The notes beneath the pieces were generated by a model. That model made no database searches. It had not been told where the DNA came from and saw only the letters and a list, made by a program, of their open reading frames with translations. Made by a program: the position numbers and the translations under genes. From Setoptus koraiensis (lineage: Eukaryota > Animalia > Arthropoda), in NCBI GenBank assembly GCA_048013815.1, contig CM106585.1:22382001-22446000 (forward strand): 64,000 nucleotides of DNA, written 5' to 3'. Positions 1 through 12,315 of this stretch are shown one piece after another (position 1 is the stretch's first letter; each line of letters opens with the position of its first letter).

Positions 1-313
1 ACTATCCGTTAACCGTCCGTTAACCGTCCGTTAGACGCTTACCTGCCGTAGCTTACCTGTTGCCGCTAATAGATTTGTTTTGGCGTTACATCTTACAGTG
101 AGTGTGCTGGCGAGACCTTCAATTGATTGATTTTCGGCATATCGACATGGCGCCAACACACACAAATGCAACATGGAGTGTGAAATTAAAAATGATTTCT
201 CGTTCTCGATTTGAATCATTTTTAACCGGTTCATCCGAGCCAACAGCAACAACAACAACAACTGCCACTACCCTTTATTAACAAGCTTCTTTTGTTGTCG
301 TGCCAATATCCAG

Positions 314-3300
314 GTGAATCTCGCTACTTAGGCCGTTATATTGGCGCCTTTCCCATAGGCTCCATTCACAGTGTTAAAGGTAACTATACTATTTATATAC
401 AATAATGATTGATTTTCACTTTTTTATTTCACTTTCGATTGATTCAAAGTTTGAAATTCAAACTTTGAATAATGCAACACAAGAGCCCGTCAATGGCGCT
501 TGTATCGTCAATCATAATCATAACTATCCATTATGAGACACGATACTTGGCCCTCGTCTAGTGCTGGCTCATTGTGCTCTATGGCCATGAACACTAGACA
601 CTAATAATAATGCACTCTTGTCTCATTGTACAACCCGTCGTCTGTGTCCGTGACTAACAATTTGTTATCCACACCAACGAACAAAAAAAAATTGTTTTGT
701 TTTGTATTAAGGTATTGCATTTGCCGCAAACGATAGGCAAATCTTCATCCAGGGATTCAACTACGACGGTTCGGGGCCCGACGCCTTCTTTTGGGCGGGC
801 ACATCCGGCGGGCCAAGTCCCAATGGATTCATGATACCCGATGAGCTTGGCAGGTAACGTATCGGGCGCAACATTGAGATTAGATTGAGCGACATTTCAA
901 TTACAACTAATTATAACTATCTATTTTATAATAATTAACGCTCGATTAATTATGACCGATTGTTGCAACAATTTTTGAATTTGGCTTGCGCAGAACTATC
1001 AAGTTGGGCCCGTACCAGAACCAGGACATTTTGTTGACGTTGCCCCAGGGCAGAACCATTCGTGATATCAAATGGATCTCTATTTGGTGTCGTTTGTTTC
1101 AAGCAAACTTTGGCCATATAACTATACCGTTGAATTTCGAGCCGCCCGTGCCCCTAAATCTTGGTCCGCTGCCATCGTTTGCGCACAAAACCCGGGCGGA
1201 TTCCGTCATGATTGAAGGTAACTATACACTCATGCTATTCACACCGAGCCTGACATCATGTCACTGACATGACCAACATTGTTGGACATTTCCAGCAATC
1301 AGTGCCAAATGGTCAATTAGATTAGACCTGCCTGCTGCACATTCGTTTACAGCAACGCTGTAACGGCACTCACTGACCAATTGACTGAATCCGTCTAATT
1401 GATACCGATGATTTTTGTTCATTTGCATCACGACAGATATAAAGACGTTACGCATCAGAAACTTGTTCTACGACGGAGCCGCGCCAGGTAAGTCAAGCGA
1501 TTGCAAGTGTTCAACTCGACCATCATGACACAATGAGAACAATACTAATCGACCCAAATCGATTTGCCAAATGTCCACTATACTGCTGCCACTTCCGGTC
1601 ATCCACATGCAACAATATGTATCTCTATTTTCATGCATGCGTCATGTTATCATTATCATTATTATTATTATTACTATTATAATTGTGCTAATTTGCAATA
1701 TTTGTTTCAAACTAAATAGACGCCTTTTTCCTGGTGGGCACTGGCTCTAGCCCGCATTCGCGCGGAACCAAAGTACCCGACGAGAACGGAAGGTACGCCA
1801 ATCTCAAACACTATCTCTGATTGTTTGGTTCGAAAGTCGGCACCGGCCAATGCTGACTTGTGCCGACTTTCGCCACGACAATAAGAGTTGCGACCACAAT
1901 ATGAGTGTCTAATTATGTCTAACGATGACTAATTATTATCCAACTATCCGACTCGCCCCCTTGTGTCTGCGACAACACGACAGTCTCACCAAACTGAAGG
2001 GCTACAACGGCAAGGACATTGTGCTCCGACTTCCGTCCAATTTGACCGTCAACGACATCGAATGGTTCGGTCTGTATTGCATACATTACGAGGAAAACTT
2101 TGGTCACGTGAGAATACCCCGCAACGCGAACGTGCCCGCCGACACAAAGTTGATCATGACCGCGGTAAGTTGCGTCGATTGGCACGCCATCTGCCGCACA
2201 ATAATGTCTCGGAAGTCGCTAAAATGTCATAATATGATTACTGATGACCAATTCTAATTGATCGTTCATTGACATTCAATCGACTCATGAATGTAGGTGT
2301 CCTCTTTTGCCAATTGCGAGGTCATTTTTCCCGACATCATGCAAATGGGCGCCAACAGCAAACAAACGCCCATGGAGGGCGCACTGCAGGTCAGCTGGGA
2401 GGTGAGGCAACCGGACATTTACATACAGTTGGAGGCCCGCGTCAATCCGGACCGTTACGTGTCGTTCGGTATAAGCGGTGATGTCAGTTCCACACAGATG
2501 ATTGGGGCCGACGTTGTGCTGGCTTATTTTGATTCTAAGATGCGCAGAGTGCAACTGATAGACTACATGCTGACAGACAAGTCACAGTGCGCCCCGCAAA
2601 CGGGTTCCGGTTCGTGTCCCGATCACATATTGCGCGGAGGCCGACAAGACAGCGAATTGTTGAGCTCCAATTACATAGATGGCGTTCTCAAGGTTGTGTA
2701 CAGACGCAAATTGGACACGGGCGACGACGTGGCAGACAAAATATTTGACCTCATTAGACCGATGGTAGTTGTGGCCGCCGTGGGCAATTTAAACAGTCAC
2801 AAGGAGGCCGGATATCACAGTGTGGCGGTGACAAGCGCCCGCCAGGCGCCCATTGAGATACATTTTGGGCGCGTGATGGCGTCGCGGGGCAACTGCAAGC
2901 CCATGCTACAATCGGGCAACCAATTGTCCGCTATGATGATGCCCACACCCCCATCCATGGGCAATGTTCCGGCCATGTTGCATAATCACAACGCTCACAT
3001 GATGAACATCAACAGCAATTTGGGCATCGGGGGAGCCGTTGCGAATCAGCGCCAGTCGTCGGCCAATTTGTTCGCGAGTCCCACGCTCAGCAACAGGCAA
3101 TCGGCCCAATCGATACAGAGCCCGTGGCAGCAACCCGTTCTGGAAAACACAAACACCTTCAGGGTTGTCATTGGGCCGTCGGGCGGCGAGCGCGGCTACA
3201 CGGCCCTCACGGGCATACAATCGTGGGGAATAGCCTACTGGATCAACAACAAACTCATACCGGTGCTCAGGGTTAAACGGGGCCAAAACTATACGTTTAT

Positions 3301-3793
3301 TGTGCAAACGGGCAAAAATCCCCAACGGCAGGCCAAATATCATCCGCTGTACATTACGAATCATCCGGAGGGCGGCGGCGGCCAGCGGCCCGACGAACTG
3401 AGATCGGCCACGCATCAAGTGTACGCGGGCATCAAGTTTATACCGGGCCGGCCGCCCGACGCAAGTCCGGGCGCGGGCAGATACTGCGAACTGGAGGCGC
3501 GCGACATTGACAGATCTAGCGAAAGTGACAGCGTCGACACCTATAGGGACACACTAATTGAACGCTGCGAAGACGGAACACCGGCCCGATTCACGTGGAC
3601 ACCCGACGACAACACGCCCGACATTGTGTATTATCAGTGTTTTACGCATAGGAACCTAGGATGGAAAATTCTCGTTTCGGGGGCCCGATCGTCGTTGCTG
3701 TCGGCGGCAACAAGTGCGCCCCTATGGTGGCTAATGGCAAGCTTGCTGATGGCAACATTCAACGGGCTAATTCAGTTCAAGGTGGTGACGTAA
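314..3793 (+). CDS. knk: Knickkopf/Skeletor-family cuticle protein (2x DM13 + DOMON + C-terminal conserved domain + GPI-type tail); signal-peptide exon not located
   Basis: GT-AG exons read in frame: 314-379, 712-853, 994-1217, 1437-1487, 1720-1792, 1984-2164, 2297-3793. DM13 motifs (FNYDGSGPDAFFWAG...PDELG; WISIWCRLFQANFGH; FYDGAAPDAFFLVG; WFGLYCIHYEENFGHV), DOMON (YVSFGISG...MIGADVV), WGIAYWINNKLIPVLRVKRG, YYQCFTHRNLGWKI and a hydrophobic C-terminus. knk versus Skeletor paralogue not resolved. Confidence 0.88.
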
Positions 3794-6700
3794 TTCTAGG
3801 CTACGAAGCTGGTGATCTCGTGGCCTAGATTATGATAATGGCATCACCGTGGCTTGTTTGTGTTGCCTCTGAATTGTTTGTCGTGTTTGTTGTCGATGTT
3901 TGCGGCCTGGCCGCCAGGGGCGCGCTAATCGACGACATCCGACCACTCACTGTGTACACAATGTACCCGCACGAAAGAGTATGTGTTATAAACATTGTAC
4001 AATACAAATAATATCTCGGCCGCTACTTGGCCGGCCTTTATACCCACCAGCCTTTATACCCGCCAGCCTTTAAACTCACCTGTGGTCGCTACCTGTTTAG
4101 TTCACTCTTCGGCTCGGCCGCTTTGCGGCTGACCTGCCGTCGCTTTGGGGCCAGAGACCCTAGTGGCCATTGTGGCAACTATTCTATCAATGTTTGGATG
4201 ACAATTCGATCGCAAGTTGACAATTGTTGTCGTTGTCGGGCCAGGCGAATTGGCCTCCATTTGGCGCTAACATCAACCGAGCCAAGCGACTCGTTTGATT
4301 CGTAATTCGAGAACAAGTCACCAATTGTCAATTTTAAGTCGCCAGCTCGCGGCTAGATGGTGCTGCGAACTGCGCACAGTTATTTCGTCAGCCGGTTATT
4401 CGCACCTAGTTGCGGGCCGCACCAAGACTCACAACAAACTTTGTTCAACAAACTTTGCTGAACAAAGTTGATACAACAGTTGCAATGTACAACTGCTGAT
4501 GGAACGGGTCGGGGAGGCTCGCAACAAACAACGGGCGCATTGGGCGACAAAGGGCAACTGGTGGCACCAGTACAATGGCTGATTGTGTGGTTGCCGATGC
4601 CGAAACCAATTCATTGAATGAACGCAGCCACCATCAATGCACGCCGACTTGCTGGCGCCTCGACGACTTTGCACGTGCCCAAACGCGTCTGCTAACACCA
4701 TTGCCGCTGTCAGAACAATGTTGCCTGCTAGAACGTCGCTTCGAACGCTGGCCGGTTGGCAGCGAATTCGAGCGGCGCTCAGATTCGAATTCGAAGGCGA
4801 GGAGCGTCCGAGTTGGAACGACTAATTGTAACGCGCTCCCAACTGGAGACAACTGAATCGTTGTGGCCGGGCCGGGCGGCGCACAGAGGCCAATTGGCAA
4901 TTCGAACACAGCGCCAATTGTCTGTGCCGACCGGCCCTGGAGCCGGGCCGACTGTCTGGCGGCCAACAGAGCGGCCAGACAGAGTTTAAAGTTTAAACTT
5001 TAAACCAAAGTCGCCAGCGACTTCAATTGTTCTTTGCTGCCTCTGCTGCACTGTTCACTTCTCGCTGGCGCTGGCTGGCCTTCTCTCCACTTGCTTCACT
5101 GACCACAACGGCATAACAAGAGCGCGGCCACATGAGATGACCACTGCACGCACAATTTATCCAATTGAACCATTATCTCAATCGTGTTGCTGCAGTCGCA
5201 TACTTTGCTGTTGGCGGACAATGCTGCCGTTGTTGTTGGCCTTGTTGCTGTTGTTGATGCTTATGGTGGTGTTGTTGTCGTCGTCGTGGTTGTTGTTGGT
5301 GCCCAAGCCGGCGCTGCTGTTTTCATGGTCGCCAGCCAGTGACGCCAATTGCCGCCTACAAACCGCCACCACAGCGCCAGTTACACACATAAACATTACG
5401 ACTTGCGTTGCCACGCCAGCATCGTGCACAGAACGTTCACTCGGCAAGCCGTGCATGTGGAAATGGCCGCCGACCATGCGCCGACCATTTCCATTGGAAG
5501 TGCGCCCCTTTCGTTGGCACGCACGGAGCAGGCGCACGTTCTGTGCCCGCGTGCGGCACACACGCGCCTTCTATTGGAGAGTCTCCATTGGAAACTACAG
5601 TCACTAGACGCGGCTTTAGTGTGAAAAGTTGATTGAAACACCCCAGAGAGGGACAGAGAGTGGCACCAATAATTTATTCATGCCTCTCCTTTATTCTTTA
5701 TCTGCTGTCTGGCGGCTCTCGGTGCCAGTGTCACTCTCGTTGCGAATCGTTCCATCGGCATGGTCTCCACGGATATCGTATATATATCGTAGTATATACA
5801 GTATGGATTCCATCATACATACACTATTCGCCCATCACTGGCCCAGTGACACTGATACTCACTTGGCGAGTCGCACACGGGGTCCAGTTTACGGTGCACG
5901 CTTGACGACTGACTGAGAATTGTTAGATTGCCAAAGTGAAATGTTTGCAAAGCCACTGCTGCAGCCATAGAGACGAGCACGGGCAAGATGCAAATGGGCC
6001 AGAGTGCAATGCGAGGCGACATGGGACACTAAAGAGTCTTTAGTGAGGAGTCTCCAGTAGAGCGACTCTTTAGCAAAGAGCCAGCAGACAGTCGTTAAGC
6101 GCCAATCTAATAATGATATCCCTACTATATACACTATGCGGCCTACAGTATGGACACACTTGCAAAAGAATACATTTCATCAACATTTCGTCAACATTTC
6201 GTTGTGTGCTGCTGGCCCACATCAGCCTATATTGCACAAAGAACGGCCCGTGTCCGTGTGGCTGTTGCATGCGGATATGCGACATTCGAAGCCGCATTGA
6301 TCGCCCATCGATGCAGCGGCCACACCACACCATACTGACACGTTATACAGTGCCCACCAACATGGCCACACGTTGTTGGCTATTTGTTGCTCATGCTATT
6401 ATGCAACCACAAAAATACATGTACAACAACTCCCATTGTGTATGTCCATTCGAACACCACATCTGAGCAGACCTCAATCCGCTGTCTCGGCATGCAACTG
6501 GCCAGCGCGAACAGTGCCGTTTTCGAATCACTTTGTTGGTGGATATTCGAAGCAATGCGCATCGGTGTCACAGCGACAGAATGCTCAGAAACAAAACAAG
6601 AATCTAGCCAATCAATCGACTCGTTCGAATCGAGTCATCGGGGGTTCAATCCATGCCAACGCACCGTTTCATCGTCTATATTTCGTCGTCACGTATTGTC

Positions 6701-6917
6701 GATATAAGCCAACAAAAGGTAATAATTGACGAAATAAGCCAATAATTGTATGGGCGAAATTGTGCGGCCAACAGACGCCTGACCACCGCGACACCAGACA
6801 GCGCCAAAACAACAACAACAACAATCTGTGCCGACTTTCTTTGTGTTGTTTGTCTGTGCAAGTTGCCAACAATAGTTAATGGGCGCCCTGTACTATCGGC
6901 GCAACACTTTGTGGAGT

Positions 6918-7620
6918 TTTGTGTGTGTGTGTGTGTGTGTGCATGCATTGGAATTAAAGAGAGTGATTGGGTGTGCTTATCTATCTCTGTTTGTGTCTGT
7001 CTCAATCTCTCTCTGTCTCTCTCATTATTTCATTATTATTATTATTACTACTATTACCACTATTACCACCATTACCTACTACTATTATTATTATTATCGT
7101 CGTCCGTATTATATTTTGTTTTGTTGTTATTGTATCGTCTCATCGGCATCGTCGGCATCATCGGCATCACACCATCAGCATCGTCGTCGTCGTTTCGTTA
7201 GTCATCGCCGTCGCCATCATCACACAACCATTCGCTCCAATTACCAACTCAAGATACAACACCAACAAATGAAGTTAGCCATCCAGGAGCTGCTCAATCG
7301 GCGAGCTTGTGTTTTTATTCTGCTATTATTATCATCATCACTATCATCACTACATTATTATTACTATACTATTGGCCAGAATCAATGCACAATGTGTTCA
7401 GTCAACAACAACAACGGCACCGCAACAATCGTTCATTGATGCCAATACCATTGGCACAAAATCATACTCCTCTACACTCACCACAATATTAATAATTCCA
7501 AGAATTACTATTACTGTTGTTGTTATCGATTGTGCCTACTCGTAGACTAGACTCACATAGACACCAACACACACAAACACACACCTTTACACACACACAC
7601 TAGCCAGATTAGCATTATTA
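6918..7620. repeat. Compound microsatellite zone (TG)n, (TC)n, (ATT/ACT)n, (CATCGT)n, (CA)n
   Basis: Directly visible simple repeats; ORFs across it are poly-Y/I/H artefacts. Confidence 0.85.
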
Positions 7621-7800
7621 TTATTGATTAGTGGTGTCACATTGCATCATCGCCACTTTTGTAACAATTCAACCTTAACAACAGCAATAACAACAACTAC
7701 AATATCAACAACAACAGCAATTACATCAAGCCAGCAACCAATCAGGCAACCAAGCCAGCTACCATAACTGTAAAACAGATATACTGTACTGGCCACCATA

Positions 7801-8549
7801 GTGGATGTCGCAATGGAAAAAACGGAGTGGATGATTGGACAGAAGGTCAAATCAAAATGGATCAGACAGTATACAAACGCAAACAAATTCTCGCATTTAG
7901 ACATAAACACATGGATTGAGATGCAAGAGAAATATATATGCGAAATTTGCCAGAGAGAGCTACTCAATCAAAACGCGTTAAGATTGCACAAAAGCACACA
8001 TGCCATAGAGAGATCGTTTCGTTGTGACCCATGCGGGGTATCCTTTAGGACAAAAGGTAAGTCCATCAATGATTCACATCACAGCTTGCTGTTGATGCAT
8101 ACTACCTTTGCAACTATTGTCCCAATCATTCATTATAATAATCACGTTGCTTTGTTATTATCTTGCCAAAACCGATTATAGGTCATTTACAGAAACATCG
8201 CCGGAGCACTGCGCACGAGAACAAAGTCACCATGAGTCAAGTATTTGGTATGCCTACAAGTGATAACCCACGCCCCTACAAATGTAAAGAATGCGATATA
8301 TCCTTCAGAATACATGGACACCTTGCTAAACATCTCCGCTCAAAAATGCATATAATGAAAATGGAATCCAATGGTTACATTCCCAGAGGCTTCTATGCCG
8401 AGATAGAGAGGTCCGGTATTATCATTAAAGATCGCATGGATACAACAGATTGCGAACAAAGCCTTAAAAGTTTACAATCTATAGCCCTAACTTTGCCAAA
8501 TTTAATTGTAGATAACCATCATCATCAGCCTACTAGTGCTGACAGTTAG
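7801..8549 (+). CDS. shn: Schnurri-like C2H2 zinc-finger protein, C-terminal triplet; 5' end unresolved
   Basis: Exon to 8056 (AG|GTAAGT), exon 8182-8549. Reads YICEICQ...LRLHKSTHAIERSFRCDPCGVSFRTKGHLQKHRRSTAH...NPRPYKCKECDISFRIHGHLAKHLRSKMH...YAEIERSG...DTTDCEQSL, matching the recalled insect Schnurri ZF6-8 region. Confidence 0.85.
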
Positions 8550-8831
8550 TCATAACAGTTATAATAACAATAATAACTATAATATTAATTAATTAAAGAC
8601 TACTTATTTGTAGTATTCACAACTCATAGCAGACAAAAACTGTGACAGAATTGATCATTTGGTTCGTAGTTACGAGGATTAGATGAAATTTTATTTTTCA
8701 TCACAAAAGACCTAAATAAGACAAGGTCATGTGTGTTATCATGAATACATAAATTTATCGGTATCTATCATTTTGATTTCATTATCAATATTATATCATT
8801 GTCGATGCCATCATTGTTGCTTTTATTATCC

Positions 8832-9215
8832 TTAGCCCAACAGGCCCAATCTGAAGACGTCGTGTTCGACATAATAGGTGTTGTTGGCCGCTTTTAGAAC
8901 AAACACCTGGCTGAAACTGAGGGGAGGGTCGTCGTCGGTCTTCAATTGACCGAATACCATAACAACAACACCACCATCAAATGTTGGTTGACAGTCCACT
9001 GTTGTTATTTGATGTTTAATAGTCTGAAATGTCAGTGCTCCAATTTTTTCCATTATCTTTGCCCTTCCCATAAATTGATCACCTTGAAATGTTAGTAGTG
9101 AATTTGTTTCACTATAAAAGTTGGCCACTCCGGCCCTTTGGGCAGCTCCTCCATCGAATAGTGTGTAATACTGGTTGACAAAAGTCTCACCAATAGTGGC
9201 AAAATTTGGATTCAT
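8832..9215 (-). CDS. NTF2: Nuclear transport factor 2 (RanGDP import factor), intronless CDS
   Basis: IGETFVNQYY...LLTFQGDQFMGRAKIMEKI...ITTVDCQPT...GQLKTDDDPPLSFSQVFVLK...HDVFRL. Probable 5'UTR intron (donor CAG|GTGAG near 9595, acceptor just before the ATG). Confidence 0.95.
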   Translation of the reverse strand: MNPNFATIGETFVNQYYTLFDGGAAQRAGVANFYSETNSLLTFQGDQFMGRAKIMEKIGALTFQTIKHQITTVDCQPTFDGGVVVMVFGQLKTDDDPPLSFSQVFVLKAANNTYYVEHDVFRLGLLG

Positions 9216-10217
9216 TTTGTTGGGCTTTCTGGTTATGGTACCAAAAGGAGTCAGATGTATTCTGAGATGCTGACTAATAAGAGCTTGTATGTTAACTATT
9301 CTAATATCCTATCAGGCTTCACAATATAAATATAAATAGAAGCAAAAGTGTGATGAGTAATAAAATAGACTCATGTAATAATATTATCGTACACAAAGAA
9401 TATGTTACATGTGGCTTGTGGCTTGTGAGGATGACTAACTAATCGCGAACATTTATTGTTCATTGTGAATGGCGCACATTTTAAAATCTTTAATTTTTTT
9501 CGCTCCGTTCGATGACTAATGATGGGAGCTAGGAGGATGCTTCAACTTTGGGAAGGTCAGGTCTCCCTAGAGCGAGAGAAAGAGAGACGGCTCACCTGTC
9601 ATCTATTTTAGCTAGAAGCACTTGGGTTCCTGGACTCATATCGCACCATCCAATTATCACTGTCGGCTTGAGTCAGCTAGAAAGTTAAAGACGGCAATTT
9701 AGTCGACATATAAAAGTCGCAAAATGTTGTTGTTGTTGTGTACTGTTCGATGGCGTCTCCTGTTCTCCCCTCTCCTTTAAAGACAAACGAAAGTGGGCGA
9801 AACATCGGGGGCCGAGCTAAGAATTCGCGGATATTCGTACGAATATTTTGTGCGATCGCTTCTTATTGTGTGCTATTTTTGTGCGTCATCCGCGAATTTT
9901 CTTGTTTATTTTCGCCCAATTCCAGGCATGTATCGAGGCGTGGCAGCAAGACCGCTCACGGATTGCGCGTACCCGAGCGCGTTTAAATCGCGTGGGGCAG
10001 CGCAACAACAGCGGCATGATCACTACGAGCACCAGCAACAAAAGCACCACAATAATAACAATAACAATAACATTATTAACACCAATATATACCTGTTAGA
10101 TAGAAATATATTTCATAAGAAGGAAGCCAGGTGGCCCATTCCTCTCTTCGTTAGTCGAAACGAAGAATCATCAGTCTCTCATTTATTACCGTAACACACA
10201 TCTCTATTAAAAGCAAA

Positions 10218-10940
10218 ATGGCGTTGAGAGTCCAATTCGAGGGAAACAACGAAATCGGAGTGTTTGCCAAATTAACCAACACTTACTGTTTAGTTGCAAT
10301 TGGTGGAAGTGAGAATTTCTACAGCGTTTTCGAAAACGAACTAAGCGACGTTATTCCAGTTATTCATGCATCCATTGGCGGTTGTCGTATTGTGGGCAGG
10401 TTAACAGTGGGAAACAGGCATGGTTTATTGGTTCCAAATTCAACCACAGACCAGGAACTACAACATTTAAGAAATTCATTGCCAGACTCTGTCAAGATAC
10501 AACGCGTAGAAGAAAGACTTAGTGCCCTCGGTAACGTTGTTGCATGTAACGATTATGTTGGTATAATACATCCAGATTTGGATAGAGAGACTGAAGAGAT
10601 ACTAACAGATGTCCTCAAGATTGAAACATTCAGACAAACAATTGCAGACAACGTTCTAGTTGGTACCTATTGTTCATTGTCCAACGTAGGAGGCTTATTA
10701 CATCCCAGAACAGGTATAGAGCATCAAAATGAATTGGCCTCACTATTGCAGGTTCCTCTTGTGGCCGGCACTGTTAACAGGGGCTCCGATATTGTAGGAG
10801 CCGGTATTGTTGTCAATGATTATAATGCTTTTTGTGGATTCGATACGACATCCACCGAATTATCTCTCATAGAGAATATATTCAAGATTAATGAAACTGC
10901 ACAACATCATCAAATGTTCTTAATGGGCGGTAATAAATAG
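10218..10940 (+). CDS. eIF6: Eukaryotic translation initiation factor 6, intronless
   Basis: [59 protein letters not shown]; colinear with known eIF6. Confidence 0.97.
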   Translation: MALRVQFEGNNEIGVFAKLTNTYCLVAIGGSENFYSVFENELSDVIPVIHASIGGCRIVGRLTVGNRHGLLVPNSTTDQELQHLRNSLPDSVKIQRVEERLSALGNVVACNDYVGIIHPDLDRETEEILTDVLKIETFRQTIADNVLVGTYCSLSNVGGLLHPRTGIEHQNELASLLQVPLVAGTVNRGSDIVGAGIVVNDYNAFCGFDTTSTELSLIENIFKINETAQHHQMFLMGGNK

Positions 10941-11130
10941 TTGTGAGCAACACACGAATAAAAACAATTTTTTTTTTCAAAACTAGCAGCGTTATAATTT
11001 TTACTATGTCGAGCGTGTCGAGGAGTTTATTTGAAAATTCCCTATTGCTGTTGTCGCATCTACTATGTGACCAGGTTGGCGGTATTGTGAGTTTGGTGAA
11101 ACCATTCTTCCGACAGCGTGATCTCACTTA

Positions 11131-11469
11131 TCAGGACTCTGGCTGTTGTGTCTGGTGTTGTTGTTGCTGTTGGGCATCATTTAGATCATCATTATTATCA
11201 ATATTTGATACAATATCACGTAATAATGAAAACTTTTCATTGTTAAATATGGCGGTCTTTAGATGAGATGTCGATAATGTACGGGCATTTTTTGATTTAG
11301 TAATTTCTCTTGCGTCCTTCAATAGGCTCTCTAAGAACATTTCTAGAGCTCTTGACATGATCACCGGTACTGCTGATCCTATTTTTCCTACCTCTTCGTC
11401 AGATTGCATAATTCGTTTAATCCTAGATGGCGAAAATCTGGCATCGTATTTCTTTCTTTTTGTGGACAT
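11131..11469 (-). CDS. DRAP1: NC2 alpha / Dr1-associated corepressor (histone fold), intronless
   Basis: ATG at 11469: MSTKRKKYDARFSPSRIKRIMQSDEEVGKIGSAVPVIMSRALEMFLESLL...NARTLSTSHLK. Confidence 0.93.
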   Translation of the reverse strand: MSTKRKKYDARFSPSRIKRIMQSDEEVGKIGSAVPVIMSRALEMFLESLLKDAREITKSKNARTLSTSHLKTAIFNNEKFSLLRDIVSNIDNNDDLNDAQQQQQHQTQQPES

Positions 11470-11569
11470 CCTTCTATTTTGTTTCTGAAAAATCAAATGA
11501 ATTGATGACGGAATCTATGTAATCGGTTAGCTTCGATCAATATTTTATAGCGACATCGACATGTACGAT

Positions 11570-11625
11570 TCATCGATAGATTACTCACTACAGTGTCGAT
11601 AATATTCGCTTACTTTATCGATAGC
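11570..11625. promoter_or_regulatory. DRE-like (TATCGATA) housekeeping promoter element upstream of DRAP1
   Basis: Perfect TATCGATA at 11616-11623 plus further CGATA copies (near 11575 and 11597), about 150 bp upstream of the DRAP1 ATG. Function inferred from Drosophila DRE/BEAF knowledge. Confidence 0.4.
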
Positions 11626-12315
11626 TTGATTTATCATCAACTGGCGACATCGAAACAAGAATTGATTTGTTTGGTTTGGAGAATTAATGTGGCTGTGGCC
11701 GTACAAGGCGCACTGAAAGTCGCACAAGCTTTTGTTCGGCTCTTTCGCCGCCAGAGGTCACCTCGCAGCAACGTTTTGATTAACGCGCGGAGTACGAAAC
11801 AAAAAAGTTGTGATCCGGATTCCGGACAGGTTCACCTCGCGCTTCCCAGCTCCCCCGGGCGAAACCTCTGAAACAAGCAAAAAAGTATGTAAGATCGCTA
11901 AAGAAACTACACGTTAAACAGGTCAGCACTTTTTTTTTATCAAGCTAGAAGTATAACGCACATGTTAGTTGAGGCGCCTGGGGTCAGGGTTTGGGCCGCC
12001 ATTAGGTCGAGCTGGGGTTCTTGTGGAGGGTCTCTCACTACAATCTCACTACAATCTCACTACAAAGATTAGCCTTTGGAACTTTCAAGAAAAATTCACA
12101 GGAGATCAGTTGGAGTAGATAGAGCACGCGAAAAGTGTTGGAAACAAGCTGACAAGACGCCCTGTCGATGTTATATATGGTTTAATAAAGGTCAATTGAT
12201 ATCTGTAGACGTGTACAGGAAACTTAAATAAATTACTTGAGGTATAGCGCCACAATATGGAGCCACGGCTTTGAGGAGACTCTTGTGGGCAAACAAAATG
12301 AAACATTAGTTGTCA

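Noticed and set aside
31-261. Minus-strand 76-aa ORF ending at two CAG|GTAAG donor-like sites, next to an 11-bp CCGTTAACCGT repeat
   Set aside because: No recognisable protein; may be a UTR exon of a neighbouring gene outside the window and cannot be supported from here.
5137-5607. 156-aa ORF with an apparent signal peptide
   Set aside because: The hydrophobic stretch derives from a TTG/GTT microsatellite; overlapping ORFs exist in most frames; no family motif.
6113-6466. Cys/His-rich ORFs with zinc-finger-like fragments (LLAHISLYC, HKERP) upstream of shn
   Set aside because: No correct C-x2-C spacing in any single frame; cannot be called missing Schnurri fingers.
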